Shown here in pieces: positions 1-13,210 of a stretch of 64,000 nt of DNA (its first letter is position 1; every line of letters starts with the position of its first letter). Position numbers and translations under genes: made by a program. The notes beneath the pieces are model-generated. The model was not told the DNA's origin. It saw only the letters and a program-made list of their open reading frames with translations, and searched no databases. The DNA is from Strigamia acuminata (Eukaryota), in the NCBI GenBank assembly GCA_949358305.1, contig OX442314.1, positions 31,744,001 to 31,808,000 on the forward strand, read 5' to 3'.

Positions 1-969
1 CCCTATACTGGGTCAGGCAAAGGGGGATGACTTTAGAACCACTGGGCGGTGTATGGAGTGACACAGGTCACCATGGGTGGTCAAGCGATCACAAGGTTCT
101 CGAATCAAAGTCATTAGTCTTTATATGCATGTCACTGATATGCGTCCCAATTGTGACTGATATGGTCTTTGCCAGGGCAATTAGGGGACTAATTACACTG
201 GCGTGGGACGCATACACACGTAAAATAACTAAGACTCCCTAATATTGGTTGGTTGTCTAGGGGTATGGGGAATCCCGTTACCTGTTGCGGGGGTGCCACA
301 CCGGCAACCGACCCGTCACACACTGGGCGTGAGCCCAATGGGTGAGGTGGTCGGTTCGACTAAACATTCGTGTCGTACCTACCTACGACCCGCGTATCCG
401 CTCATGGAGGCTGCGCTATGGAATCCGCCATAGCACTGAGTATCAACGTGGTGAATGGTGAGGAGTACAGACTCCAACCGGGCACACGTCTTGTCCCTCA
501 GATGAATACCTTCTCCTCTCGGGGAGCTACTCCAGACACGTCCTGCTCAGTCCGTGTCCAGCACAACTCTCTCTCTTTCTCACACTCCTTTCCTTACCAC
601 ACCATTCCACTCCCTCCTCCCCGTGCTAGGTCAATCACCCACAGAGGGGTTGACCTTTGGGGCCGTATGGCGGTGTGTGGCAGTGCCGCAGGTCACACGG
701 GTGGCCTGACGGTCACAATACTTTAAATCACTCTGCAATTTCCACAAATGTCATATCACTTATATTACATTTCTGAATCGGAAACTATATTTATATAATT
801 TAAAATAAATTAAAACAAACACTTTTCAATAATAATAACACTTTTTGTATATTGTTTCACTGATATTAATTTTTTTTCCAAGCAGTCCTTTTCTATAAAA
901 CACACAGAAAAAAAATCAAATATTGAAAGTCCGTGTTAATCTTTCACGCACAAACAAATTAAAGTTTAC

Positions 970-2380
970 TTAATCTCTTTCTGCGAGATCTTTCTTTCTC
1001 TGTTCCTCAATTAATTCAAATGGCACAAGTTCTTGATTCGCAATTTCGTATATGAATCGCAATCGTAATTTGCAAGATTCCCCGAACTGCATCAAACCTC
1101 GGTTTTCTACATATCTCCTTGCAAAATAGAGAATAGTAGGGCCGCAGCTGTCCTCATCAAGCTGGTGCATTCACGGCGGATCCCAGCGAATTAGCCTGTT
1201 GTCAAACTCAACTCCTCCCGAAATTAGAGAAAACTTCAGCGATTCCCACCGTGAATACGTCTTGTCGAGTGGTCCACTTGGATCATATAGGACAAACTGA
1301 GTCGGCGTCTTCCTCCAATCTATCACGAAGAGCTGCCAGTGTTCAGGGATCGGAACTGGGAAAATCCAGATCTTTTTCCCTTTTGATGGAATCCTTCGCA
1401 TTAGCCAATGAATGGCCTCCTTTCTCAATTTGGGATCCACCATTTTGAATACCCAGTCTGACTAGAACGGAAACATCTGAGGATAATGGGTCTCCAACAT
1501 CTGCATTCTGCAGATAATGATCCACTATGCTATCATATGTCCATGATTGCCTTCCCGGAGTCAAATCACCTAACGCCGCCATCTGAGAATTCAACACCCG
1601 AATTGGCGGACTGCCAACAGGCGGAAACGTTAAATCGTTTGGCGGGGCATTGCTGTAATCCAATGCGAGTCCCAGTGCCTGAACCTGTCGTGCCATGTCT
1701 AGCTTCACTCGGTATACCCGAATAGGAGCGGGAAACATGATACTTGGGTCCTGGTACGACTCTCTTTTAGCCAAAGCGATTGCTTTCAGAATATTTTTCC
1801 TGATTTTCGCTTCCTGAATTAACAGTGCATTAGCTCCGTCTCTCCACAGCTGATAATCTGCTACTCACATTAATCCTTTGAGTTTCCTGCCTTTTATTTC
1901 TCTGACCACATTTCGGTGTTCTGTTCGGAGTTCCTCCAAACGACGTTTATTGTGATCGACAGTATGGCGCTTTTCTTTTTCTCGAATTCTCCTCGCCTCG
2001 TCGTCAAATGCCTTTTTCTTTTGTGCTTTGATGTCCTTTTTGAGCTGTCGGTTCTTTCGACGTCGACGTAGCAAACCTTCTTGTCCTTTTGTCATTGGTC
2101 CATCGTATTTTTTCTTATTTTCCTCCACTTTTCGCTTTCCTTCCGTGAAAGGGCGTGGACAATCGACCAATTCTTCCAAGTTCTAGCTTGTCTGTGGTTC
2201 ACTAGCCAAATAGCTCTCCAAATCATCTCCAGGTTGCAGCTGTCGCTCCAACAAATCAGACACTTGCATTGAACAAACCGAATCCGAGTCGCTATCGTGA
2301 TCTCTCACATCCATTCTGTCGAATTTATTCGCCATTTCATCCATTCGAATCCTATAATTCATAAAAAGAATCAAATTCAT
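970..2380 (-). pseudogene. Disrupted gene with C-terminal Ulp1/C48-like cysteine protease domain
   Basis: Consecutive minus-strand ORF pieces (2183-2380, 1865-2179, 1343-1774, 1171-1443, 970-1170) are separated by stops and a frameshift. Motifs occur in Ulp1 order: WTYDSIVDHYL, IFPVPIPEHWQLFVID (His), LYDPS (Asp), HQLDEDSCG (Gln/Cys). A basic coiled-coil lies upstream. Confidence 0.7.
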
Positions 2381-3007
2381 TAGTTCAAACTATCTACATT
2401 ATTAATTTCAACAATAATCCATTTTAACATTTCATGTTACAATATTTTATACTAAATTCATCTAATTTTATAAATTTTCAACTAATTAATCACATTATAA
2501 TTTATGCACACACTAATAATCATCAGCAACTAGTAGAGTTTTTGCAATACCAACACGGTGTGGAAGTGTTGAAACTAGTGAGTTTGAGCACAAAATGATG
2601 TTTTTGGGCGATGCGCGAATTTTAGCGCTTAGCATTAACGCGTACACTAGCTTGTAATTTGCGCGATGACCGTGAGCGAGTTTGAGTGCGTTTGGACGCT
2701 TAATTGATGTTGCTGATGTGTCTGGCACTTATTGAGACGTGCCAGACCATAAACTATTAATAAATATACAAAATAAATTTTTAATAACGCAAAAAAACTT
2801 ACAAATTGGTTGGAGGTAAAGCGTAATGGCCATGCTGGCTTGGAGGCTGCCATTTTCCTGAGAGAATAGAGTGTTATGCACTCTAGAGGCAGAAATAGGA
2901 AACATTAAATGGCTTCAGTAAACTCTGCTCAATACCATGTTCAAAATAACAAACAAAAACTCTGCATGATGGAAGCAAAATAATGGAATAATGGAATAGT
3001 GGAATAA

Positions 3008-3455
3008 TCAAACCAAATGGGAATCTATGTCTTCTTTGCCGTTCATTTTTAATTGCGTTAATTCACAAGCACTTCTCATTTGCAATTCCTTCGTTGTGGC
3101 GGCCATGTTCGTCTTTATCTGTTCCCATAGTTGCCTCGCTTTCTTTATTTGGGAGTATTTTAGCACCTGTAGAGCGGTCATCGTGTTTGTCATCCCACTC
3201 GTTCCACAGCTTTTCTTTAGCGTCGTAATCTGCTGCCCCTCGTACTCCGTGTTGTGGCTCTGCTCCGATGATTACATCCTTCCATAGTTTCTTGGCTCTC
3301 AATACGCCCTCCATCCTTGACTCCCACAAAAAATAGTTTGAGTCACTTCGTGGTTCTATGCTGGCCAAGTTCCAGCTGTCGCTCATTTTTCCACGGATGG
3401 CGTGGTCAGTATGCTGAAACTATTCTGCCTTACTTACCTGAGGCCCATAGAAACT
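3008..3455 (-). mobile_element. Ty1/Copia gag N-terminal fragment
   Basis: MSDSWNLASIEPRSDSNYFLWESRMEGVLRAKKLWKD is a typical Copia gag start and is frameshifted. A Copia-type PBS-like sequence (ctatgggcctcag) lies on the minus strand near 3438-3450. Confidence 0.7.
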
Positions 3456-6400
3456 GGTAGTTTTGCTACTGGGCAATGGTGAATAGGGAATAAGGTGTAC
3501 CTGCTCAGAATGCATGTTGTTGTTTTGTGTGAGTTGTTAATTACAAGTTGTAATTTGAAATCTGATTGCAGCACTGATAAAAAATTATCATGGGACAGAT
3601 CTGGTAATCTTTTTGAATCTGCACCTATTGCTTTAGAAAACTGAACATTATTAATATCAGTATTCATCTCTTGCACTCTGATATTAATACTGTGATGGCT
3701 GATGGGTCTTCATTATGTTGTGTTCCGCAAGTGTCGAAATTGCACCATTTAGCAAGAGTGGAACACAGTCACCTTCTGTATAATCTCCCTCTTCTATGTG
3801 GGAATTTCCAATTTTACTATTCGATGAATGGCGACGAGGTGAGCCAAATCGAGACGTTCGAAGTCGAACGCCACGATTATTCTGTTCTTGTAGTTCTGGC
3901 GAGCTCACTCGTTCACTCTGTAGTATAAGTGCGTCTGCTTTGTTGATAACACTTGCGTCGCGGTCTTTCTTCCTCGTGGTTTTACTTTTTCCACGTTAAT
4001 ACAAGTAGTAGTCGTCCATTGTCCTGCGAGCTATTCTTTTCAAATGAAATGTCTGAACACGACAAAGTTTACTGGGTGCCAGAAACTTAAAGAATGGACT
4101 GTGTGTTAAACTGACTCTGGTATCGATCGGTGCAAATTGAAAATAGCTGAATCGATCGTAGGTTTGATACGAGCAAGCGAGAGTGCTGAGAGAAATGACT
4201 AGAAAGTGCTAGAGATTGCATACAAAGCCTTGTTTCGACTTGTAGTCCAGGATTTCACTCTTGAAAGTCATGTGTGTACTATTCTTATTCGGATTTCCTC
4301 TATGTATAAATAATCTTTTCTCCGCATTTACTTCCAATTACGTATCCTATTGAAGAAAAAAGTGAACTTTCATTTCACTAAATATCTCACCGTTCTCAAA
4401 AAAGATTGTTTTGAATTTTGGAATTAGCATTAAAAATATATGGGACATTAAAAATGAAATCAAGATTTTCGAACGTCTCCACCCGTCGTATGTCAAGTAT
4501 CCATTGAATAATTACGATGGAAGGTTCCTCTTTTTGATTGATCTCTTGGCTGACTTTTTTGGCAGCTTCTAGTAGCATCGGAAGTTAATTCTCGATTTTT
4601 GGCCTTGGCTGTACCTATGCATGTTAATTTCCATTTGGAAGCATTCTTCGGGTTCATTATCATTGGGTCTATGAGCACAGCTTCTTCTTTGCCTTTATGA
4701 AGGAACCTGCCCTCCTCGCAGCAGACCCATTCCTTCGCCGCCGGGAGATAAACTTCCTTGACCAAGAAAGGCAAGATGTCTTTGTTCCAAGTTTCTGTAA
4801 CAATATGGCGCTTGGGGCCATTACAATTTGGACAAACTAGTAGGTGGTTAATGGCGAAAACGCCCTGTACCCAGCCACATCCTAAACATAAAGGACGAGG
4901 AACTTCGTCTGGCTGGAAATAAAGTTTTTTCCTTGGATTTCCTAAACTTACCTTAAACTTACGTCAGGGGGGGGGGGTCGGACATTTTAATTTTAATGTC
5001 CAAACAATTAAAAAATAAAGAGTTTAATTTAAAAAAAAATAATTGAATAGTTTTTAATAAAAAATGTAATGTAATTTGATGAATAAATTTTGATGAAAGT
5101 GAACCTCCATTTGATGAAAAACACTCAGTTAAAACCAAAGTTAAATATGATGATATTTTAATGAATTATGATGGATTTTCTTGATTTAAATTTTACATAA
5201 CTAGATGACAGAAAAACACACAAACCAAATTTAAATATCGGGAATAAAATAGTCCAAGGGTAAAACATGTTATAAATCCAAATATAAACCGATTGAAGTT
5301 TAATACAATCAAATGCGTCCTCACGGTTACACATTGAGCGGATGAGTGAAAAACACAGGAAGTGATCACTCCAAATATGGTAGGAGCGTCACCACGTGAT
5401 ACAAAACATAAATTACACAATCTACGACATCAAGTGATGATTTTCACGCCAACTATTCCCAACAAAACAGTCGCAGCAACAGTTGCTGGTGCATGACATT
5501 TTTCTGTGGCAACATCATTTCCATAAAATACCACCAAATAAACAAATAAATAAATAAATAAATACAGAATAAAATTAAATATACTAACTTCCAAATCCAA
5601 ACCCAAATTCAAATAAAATGATCGAAAAAAGGATCCAAGAACATTTTTTTTAAGGAAATAGCAATGTTACACATAAAAAAATAAAAATAAGAGTTTTTTC
5701 AATTTATTTAACTTATAATTTAAAAAAAAAAAAACTTTTTTTGGAACTGTAGCATCATCATCTATCAAAAAATTGTAAAAATTTCTAAAAGTTGTTTTCA
5801 TCCTTTTTCTGTGTTCTTTTTTTCTTTAATAATGAAAAAATTAAAAATTAAAATTAAAAATTTCTATTAAATTTTTTTTTTAAATAAAAATAAATTTTCT
5901 TACCTTTATTCGCATTGGCAATTTTTTTCTTTCTGCTCTATTTGGAGCACAATTTTCAAATCCGTCATCTGCTTTGTTATGTTAACGGTAATGAAGTGGC
6001 GATTTCCATGTCGCCCACATCTCATCCTGACGATTTTATCATCTGGTTTGGTCTGTCTCGCATTGCCTGACACTCCTTTGTTGAAAACAATCATTTTTTT
6101 GTAATTTTTAAAAAAAATTAAACTTACTAATTTTATCTTTGAACGTTAGAGGCTGATTAGGTTGTTGCTGGGCCATTTTTGAAATGAGTGTTGGGGGTGA
6201 GGAAAATGAGTATTGGAAATGTGTGTTGGATTATTTCTTTCAACACATTTCTTTGCAGGTGGTCGTAACATGTAACCTTTGACTTCTAATGTGTGTGTGA
6301 ATTCCACACAGAGTTCAAAGGCTTGGCACCATGTAGTGATCCTGACCAATTATCTAATAAAACCATTATTATTAAATAAAAGATCACACTGCTCCGGGTC

Positions 6401-7949
6401 TTATATATTCTAATAAACTAACTAATCTAAACGGACAATTGATTAACTCAATAGAATTGAATGGCAAAAAACAAACTTATCTTTTAAAAACAAACACACT
6501 ATTTATTCTGATGTTTTGAATAAATGATCTTAATTAAAAACACTTTACAATAAAAACTCTGAATTAAAACTGAAATTATACATTTGACTAGAATTAAAAA
6601 GAATATTAATAAATGAAATGAAAAGGAAACAAACGAAATCTTGTTGGCTCGCGATGTCGAACATCTTCTGCTGCTCGCTCAACAAAGTGGCGACTTTGTA
6701 GCTGTTTGGCACGACGACGAGACGTATCCAAACGGGCCTCGTTCGGATCACGTTTCTTCACTTAAGATTCTACGAATCCTTCGCTCCTTTCTCCCGCTAT
6801 TTCGACGACGTGAATTCGCTGATGTACTGTAAATTCTCTTCTTTCACTTCTCCGTTGACTGATCAATTCAGTTTCTTATCTTCTTAGACCGATCAAGTTC
6901 GGTTTCTTCTTCGCTCTCTATCCGAATGACGACGACAGCTGGTTTTGTCGCGGTTTGAATGGGCGTAAACTGTGGCTCGTCAGGCACGAGCTTTGGCCAT
7001 GATCCCACTTGTTCACTGCTGGAACAGCTGGATAAATCCCTTCGCTAAATATATGAACGGCAAGACAGGAATCCCGTGACACAATGACTGTGTGTCACAA
7101 GAAATGAGCCTAATCCCTTGCAGAATTTCACTAATTAATCCTAAACTGTTTGTGTAACTTTTGGTGTGGTTTTGGCAACAAGGATTGATTTTAGACTGGC
7201 TCTATCCTGGTCTGGTTTCCTGGTTTCACAGGAAACACTTCCTGTCTCCTTCCAGCTATCTGGTTGCCCTGGCAACCCACTCCAGCTGTTTTTAAAACAT
7301 ATTTTTAAAACATAATATTTTTTATGAAACCAAACAAAAAATAAAACAAAATCAGATCTATTTCTGTACGGGGAAAATATTACTTCTATTTTCGACCCGG
7401 TTGGTGACCACTGGCCACCACAACCAGTGTCATGCGTTAGCACTGTTTGTTTACATGTTTTTGTTTCTGATTTTTCACATCAGATGTCACTAGCACCTGG
7501 GAAATTGATGAAATTTGTATTTTTTTTCTTTTTTTGTGTATAAAATTAAAAAATTGACATAAGTAATAATTCTAAACATTATTTTGTGTGTTTATTTCCT
7601 AAAATTCCAGTGTGTTTCTTAGTGAAAGAAGTAGAAACTTTGGGTAAAATCAAAAGAAAATTTGAATGCAATCTTCCTGAGGTACTGATCCCTTCTAGTT
7701 TGAATGAATGTAAGCTTATATACTATACTTCAACAAATCTTGGTTCAATCTCTCCACTGGATTTGTCTGCGGATGATATGGCGTAATTGAAAATTTCTTA
7801 CAAAATTCTTTGTAAATTTTTGCTTGAAAGTGCGGTCCATTATCAGAGATAATCTTACTGGGAAATGCATGGATACATCATACAAGAAGTTTTCAACTTT
7901 CTGTGCCGTGGATGGGACATGGGATACAGTTTCAGCCAACTAGTGATTA

Positions 7950-8597
7950 AATCCATAATGACCAGAATGTATGTTATCCTGCTCTGTACGTGATTTAGGT
8001 CCAGTCAGGTCAACACTCAAACAGTTTGCATTATCAGAAACTGTTAACATCCCATTCTTCCATTTGGATAACCAACAAATATTTCTCGTTGGGCTTTGCT
8101 ATCAAATTTCTTCCTTGGTTGCCCTTTTAGCAATGTGTATCCTACACATCCAAATCGTCTCAAGTATTTAATGTTTGGGTTTTTTACTCGTCATTTTTTC
8201 TACTGGCGTTCTTCTGTGCACTGTTGACTTACATCTATTTTTAATATGTGCAGCAGCGTGCACACATTCTGTCCAAAATTGTTGTGGCAGACATGCATCT
8301 TGCATCATTGATCTGATCATCTCAATTATCGTTCTATTGGTTCTCTCAGCAATTTCGTTCAATTCTGGTGTACTAGTATATGGTGTCGTGACTTTGTGAT
8401 GAATTACTTCCCTTTTCTTCTGTCCATTGACGCAAATCATTTGTCGGGTAGTCTCTTTCATTATCCGATCTTAATTTTTTAAGTTTGCATCCAGTTTTTG
8501 CCTCCATTTTTACTATTAAACTGGTCAATTCTTCGAAAGTTTCACTTCTCTTTTTGAATGTTTTCACCATTATGAATCGGCTGAAATCATCTGCCAA
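7950..8597 (-). mobile_element. Decayed Copia integrase (3' part of the element interrupted by the Gypsy insertion)
   Basis: DDFSRF, KLKKLRSDN, TPELNEIAERTNRTIIEMIRSMM, LPQQFW motifs in frameshifted pieces. Confidence 0.85.
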
Positions 8598-11500
8598 CCA
8601 ACTCCTGACTCGTGGGGGTTTCCACGCTATCAGTCACTTTGTCCAACATCGTTTCACTGCTCCCACGCGCCCGGAGATGGTTGACATGTCTCACCACAGT
8701 CTTTTGCGTCGTTATATCTCTAATAACGTACACTAATTTGCCTCTCCTTTCCAGGATCACTCCCGCAGCCCACGGTGGTTTTACTTCGGGAAATGATTTA
8801 TACCATACCGCCGTCCCCACGTTTAGCTGGCGAAACGCTGGAACCGATGATGGATTCACTTGTCGGTTTGGCCTTGGTCGTATCAAATCAAGGTGCGTAT
8901 TCAATTCCCTGCCGAGAAACAAATAGGCTGGGGTTTGGTCTCCTTTACCTTTAAACGATGCGTGTTGTAACAGCATTATCCTTTGAAGTCGGAGTGTCAG
9001 ATCCCCTTGCGTTATTTTTGCCAGCTTCTTCTTGATCCAACGGACCGCGCGTTCTGCCTGCCCGTTGGATTGTGGGTGCCATGGGGGTGCGTAGATATGT
9101 TCGATCCCGTTCCTAGCTGTAAAGTCCTTAAATTCCTGTGACGTGAACTGGGTCCCGTTATCGGAAACCAATAAGTGTGGCAGCCCAAACGTCGCAAACA
9201 CTCCTCTTAGTGCCCCAATTGTAGTTGTTGACGTTGCTACAGTCATCGCCCTCGCCTCTATCCAGCTGGAGAACGCATCTATAATTAAAAGAATCATGTA
9301 ACGTAATATGGGGCCCGCAAAATCGATGTGTATCCGCGTCCACGGTCCTTCAGCTCGTGGCCAAGCAACTGGTGTTGCATGTGGTGGTAAGGACTTGTTC
9401 TGGCCGCACATCACACAATCCTTAACAAACTCTACAATTTCTAAGTTCATGCCCGGCCACCACACTAAATGCCGCGCACGCTGCTTCATAATCACGATAC
9501 CGGGGTGCCCCTCGTGAAGAAGTTTCAACATTTTTGGCCTTAAGTCCAGTGGCACCACCACTCGCTCGCCCCACAAAATGACCCCACGCAGCAAAGATAG
9601 TTCGTCAAATTTCACTTGGTAAGCTTTTAATACAAGCGACCCCGCCAACAATTGTCTAACGCCCGCCTGTAAGGCTGACACCACCTGCTTTAAGATGACG
9701 TCGCTCTGAGTGGCGGCTGCGATTTGGTCCGCTTGCATCAGATCTTCCTGTGCCAACTCTGTGAGAAAGACTGACGTCTCTTCCACCTCCTGTTGTGGCG
9801 GGTCCTGCGGGAACCGGCTCAAAGTGTCCGCATTCGTGTTTTCTTCTCCTTTCCGGTAACGGAGATCGAAATTATAAGCCGATAAAAGCAGGGACCATCT
9901 AAGCAATCTTGGCGAGATCACTTCCGGAATTGGTCGGTCTTTACCGAAGATCCCGAGCAGTGGCTTGTGATCTGTATACACGATAAAGTGTCTACCCTGT
10001 AAGTACACGTTAAATTTCTTTACCGCAAATATTATGGCCAAAGCCTCTTTGTCGAGGTGCGAGTAGTTCTGCTCAGCGGCACTCAGCGACCTCGACGCGT
10101 AGGCCACCGGCTGTTCGTTGCCTGCATCATCGGGGTGTGCCAACACGGCTCCCACGCCAAATGGGGACGCGTCGGTCGCCAAAACTAAAACTTTATCCAA
10201 ACTGTAAAATTGCAGAATTGGAGACGTTGTCAAGGCCCCCTTGATCGCCTCAAACGCCATTTGTCTGCGTTCGGTCCACCTCCACTCGGTCTTCAAGCAG
10301 AGCAGCTCGTACAATGGGGCCGCCAATTCCGCTAAGTGTTCTACAAATACAGAATAAAAGTTAATTATCCCAAGAAACGTCCGCAACTCTTTGACATCCT
10401 TTGGATTGTCAATTTTCGTGACCGCCTCTACTCTAGAACAAATTGGCGTGATTCCACTCTTGCTAATTCGGAATCCCAAAAAGTTCAGCATTGGTTTCAC
10501 CAAGCAACACTTTTCTTTTGCCAATTTCAGCCCTACTTTAAACAGTCTGCTGAAAATCGTCTTCAAAATAACAAAATGTTCTTCTAAAGACATCGTTGCA
10601 ATTAAAATGTCATCTAAATATATCCAAATTCTCGGTATATCTACTAAAACTGACACCACAATTCTTTGGAATACACCAGCCGATGGCATAGTTCCAAAGG
10701 GCAGGCGTGTTACCGCCATCAGCCCACGCGACGTGTTTACAGCGGCTATCTCCGCCGACTCCGCCGACAGGGGGACTTGGAGGTAAGCTTGACGTAAATC
10801 TAAAGTTGAAAACCAGTTCGCCCCCCCGATGGACGCCAACAGCTCCGGTATCTTTGGGAGCGGGTATGGGTCGGGTTGCAACACGGGGTTTACTCTACTT
10901 CTGTAGTCCCCGCACAGTCGCACGGAGCCGTCTTTCTTCTGCACGTGGACCAATGGGGTGGCCCATCGCGAAAACTTGATGGGCCTAAACACACCTTGGG
11001 CCACCAGCCGGTCAACTTCTTTATCTACCGCCGCCCGTAATGGCAGCGGCACTGGGCGAGGTCGATAAAAACGCGGGCTCGCATCCCTCTTCAACACTAA
11101 CTCCACCGGGGTGCCCGTGTAGGTGCCCAACTCCTCGGAAAATACCTCCGAAAATTGATCTATTACCTCTTGTAAGCGGTCCCAAATATTGCGTGCCTCT
11201 GTGTCCATACGCAATACTGTATTCTTGTCACCGACCTCGCTCACCATTTTCTCCTTCTTATCTGTAAATACTTTCATCAATGTCGGCCACCCAAATTTAT
11301 CCACCACATCTCGGCCTAATAAACTGGGGCCCGTGTTTGCTACTATTACAAATTCCACTTCTTGCACATTACCATTCACAACACATTTCAAAATTATCGC
11401 TCCAAGTACCTCAATTGGCCTACCCTGATAAGCAAATAATTTTACATGGGTCCCCTTAATATCTTGTGGCCCTATTCTATTATTAGCTAACAACACATCA

Positions 11501-12636
11501 CACACTTTCACATTTAATAAACTCCTTTCACTACCGGTATCTAGTAAAAAAGTAAAATTTTCTCCATTTAATGTTACTGGGACCACCACTGGTGGTGAGC
11601 GCGTCCCATCTTGCGCCGCCAGTTGAAACACAGCGAATTCGTCTTCTTCTTCTTCTTGGCGAATTGAATTCACTGGCACGCGCCTTTGACGCCAACTCTC
11701 CTCTCCTTCAGCATCCTTATCTGGTTCATTCATCTCGCATCCACTGAAATTGGCGACACGGCTTGCATCTGGTGGACGCCTCCTGTCGGACGAGGCTTTG
11801 GGGTTATATGCCGCGTCGTAAGGACAGTACCTCACAAAATGCTGCCCCCCGCATCTGTAACACGCAATCGGCGTCCCATCACGACGCCAAGCCAAGCCTC
11901 CTCTTCCCCGTCCTTGTCCAGGTCGCCCACGCCCGTTGCCAATACCGTTTTGCGGTGCATCGCGTCTCGCCGAAAAGCTTCGTCCTCTTCCTCGCGCAAC
12001 GCCGCCTCTGCCTCCCATCGACGTTTGGAGGACCGCTGCTGCAGGTGTAATCACTCCCGCCGGTCTTTCCGTCTCGACTATGGGCAACGCATCATCTATT
12101 CCGGTGGCTGTTACCGCTGCCACTTCGTGGGCCATCGCCAATTTCAACAGGTTGCCCATGGTGATCGGCAACTGAACTAAAATCTGCGTCACCAGCGGTG
12201 GGTATTTCACCCCACGGATTACCTGGTCGATGACTGCATTGTCAACTTCCGTGCTTGTGGTGAATCCACATCTTTGCGCGAGAATTTTTAAATCATTCAC
12301 ATACTTCTCCACGCCTTCACCTGGTTTGCGAACTTTGCTACCCAGCCTTTGCCTATTCATGTAAGGAGTCTTTAACGTCTCGAAGTGGGTTTCTATTGCC
12401 GCTGTCAACTCCGCCAGCGGGGTCGCGGTTACCGACTTCGGATACACCAGTCGTTTCAACTTTTCGTACAAGGTCGGGCCAACCGTCGTTAAAAACAAAG
12501 GGACCTGCTTCGCTGCCGTCACATCATTCAATTTCACGAACTGTTCGAACCGCTCGAGCCACGATTCCCAATCGTGCTGGTTAACTCCTGTGAACGGGGG
12601 CAACATCCCCAACATCACTTGGTTCGCGGCTGTCAT
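8587..12636 (-). CDS. Ty3/Gypsy gag-pol polyprotein (1349 aa, uninterrupted)
   Basis: Zinc knuckle CYRCGGQHFVRYC, protease LLDTGS, RT (RLCGDYR, YLDDILI), RNase H (TDASPFGVGAVL, YTDHKPL), integrase (HEGHPG...C..C, HIDFAGP, SDNGTQF, SNGQAER). The domain order PR-RT-RH-IN is Gypsy. Confidence 0.97.
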   Translation of the reverse strand: MTAANQVMLGMLPPFTGVNQHDWESWLERFEQFVKLNDVTAAKQVPLFLTTVGPTLYEKLKRLVYPKSVTATPLAELTAAIETHFETLKTPYMNRQRLGSKVRKPGEGVEKYVNDLKILAQRCGFTTSTEVDNAVIDQVIRGVKYPPLVTQILVQLPITMGNLLKLAMAHEVAAVTATGIDDALPIVETERPAGVITPAAAVLQTSMGGRGGVARGRGRSFSARRDAPQNGIGNGRGRPGQGRGRGGLAWRRDGTPIACYRCGGQHFVRYCPYDAAYNPKASSDRRRPPDASRVANFSGCEMNEPDKDAEGEESWRQRRVPVNSIRQEEEEDEFAVFQLAAQDGTRSPPVVVPVTLNGENFTFLLDTGSERSLLNVKVCDVLLANNRIGPQDIKGTHVKLFAYQGRPIEVLGAIILKCVVNGNVQEVEFVIVANTGPSLLGRDVVDKFGWPTLMKVFTDKKEKMVSEVGDKNTVLRMDTEARNIWDRLQEVIDQFSEVFSEELGTYTGTPVELVLKRDASPRFYRPRPVPLPLRAAVDKEVDRLVAQGVFRPIKFSRWATPLVHVQKKDGSVRLCGDYRSRVNPVLQPDPYPLPKIPELLASIGGANWFSTLDLRQAYLQVPLSAESAEIAAVNTSRGLMAVTRLPFGTMPSAGVFQRIVVSVLVDIPRIWIYLDDILIATMSLEEHFVILKTIFSRLFKVGLKLAKEKCCLVKPMLNFLGFRISKSGITPICSRVEAVTKIDNPKDVKELRTFLGIINFYSVFVEHLAELAAPLYELLCLKTEWRWTERRQMAFEAIKGALTTSPILQFYSLDKVLVLATDASPFGVGAVLAHPDDAGNEQPVAYASRSLSAAEQNYSHLDKEALAIIFAVKKFNVYLQGRHFIVYTDHKPLLGIFGKDRPIPEVISPRLLRWSLLLSAYNFDLRYRKGEENTNADTLSRFPQDPPQQEVEETSVFLTELAQEDLMQADQIAAATQSDVILKQVVSALQAGVRQLLAGSLVLKAYQVKFDELSLLRGVILWGERVVVPLDLRPKMLKLLHEGHPGIVIMKQRARHLVWWPGMNLEIVEFVKDCVMCGQNKSLPPHATPVAWPRAEGPWTRIHIDFAGPILRYMILLIIDAFSSWIEARAMTVATSTTTIGALRGVFATFGLPHLLVSDNGTQFTSQEFKDFTARNGIEHIYAPPWHPQSNGQAERAVRWIKKKLAKITQGDLTLRLQRIMLLQHASFKGKGDQTPAYLFLGRELNTHLDLIRPRPNRQVNPSSVPAFRQLNVGTAVWYKSFPEVKPPWAAGVILERRGKLVYVIRDITTQKTVVRHVNHLRARGSSETMLDKVTDSVETPTSQELVGR

Positions 12637-12949
12637 TGCGTGATTATAAATGTGGCTGGACTCGAAACTTGTCCCTTTCCGTGGCGACCAATCGAACGCG
12701 TCAATTCACGTCTGTCAGACGTGGAACGTCGCCGAAAAACTCGTAAAAAACAGAGTAAAAAGTTTATTTCTTTCCACACATCAACCCGTACGCCTTCAAC
12801 TCTTGTGCAGAAACGACTTTCTAACTAATTGCACGTCATTTCACCTTAAGTTTTTTGTTGTCCAAACTTTTCTTTATATTCTTGTAATTTCTTTCACTCT
12901 TTCAGTGCAGTTAGGGAGCAGTATCTGTCTTCATCCATGTTAACACCAA

Positions 12950-13210
12950 TGAGTCCTGTATCCCATCGTGGATACCAATTTTATGTATCAATGCCAAAAC
13001 ATAAATAACTTGAGAATTTCGAGTGTTCTCGAAATGGATCGAAAAGAAAGAGACATGTCTTTTTGTGTCCGACTCAGGCCGTCGTCTGCTCTATTTTATT
13101 CGTCGTTAATGATACAATGGTTGTTATGGCACCGTTGTTGCTAGTCAAACTAACAACAACAGTGCCACCTAGTGAGATCAATGTAGTTACATGCTTTTCT
13201 AAACACAACA
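12950..13210 (-). repeat. Probable 5' LTR of the Gypsy element
   Basis: On the minus strand it begins TGTTG exactly where the flanking Copia integrase frame (KYILT) breaks. It contains AATAAA, ends in CA and is followed by a TGGTG-starting PBS-like sequence. No second copy is seen. Confidence 0.6.

Noticed and set aside
4396..4930. Cys-containing minus-strand ORF fragments
   Set aside because: Frameshifted and not assignable to any family I recognise.
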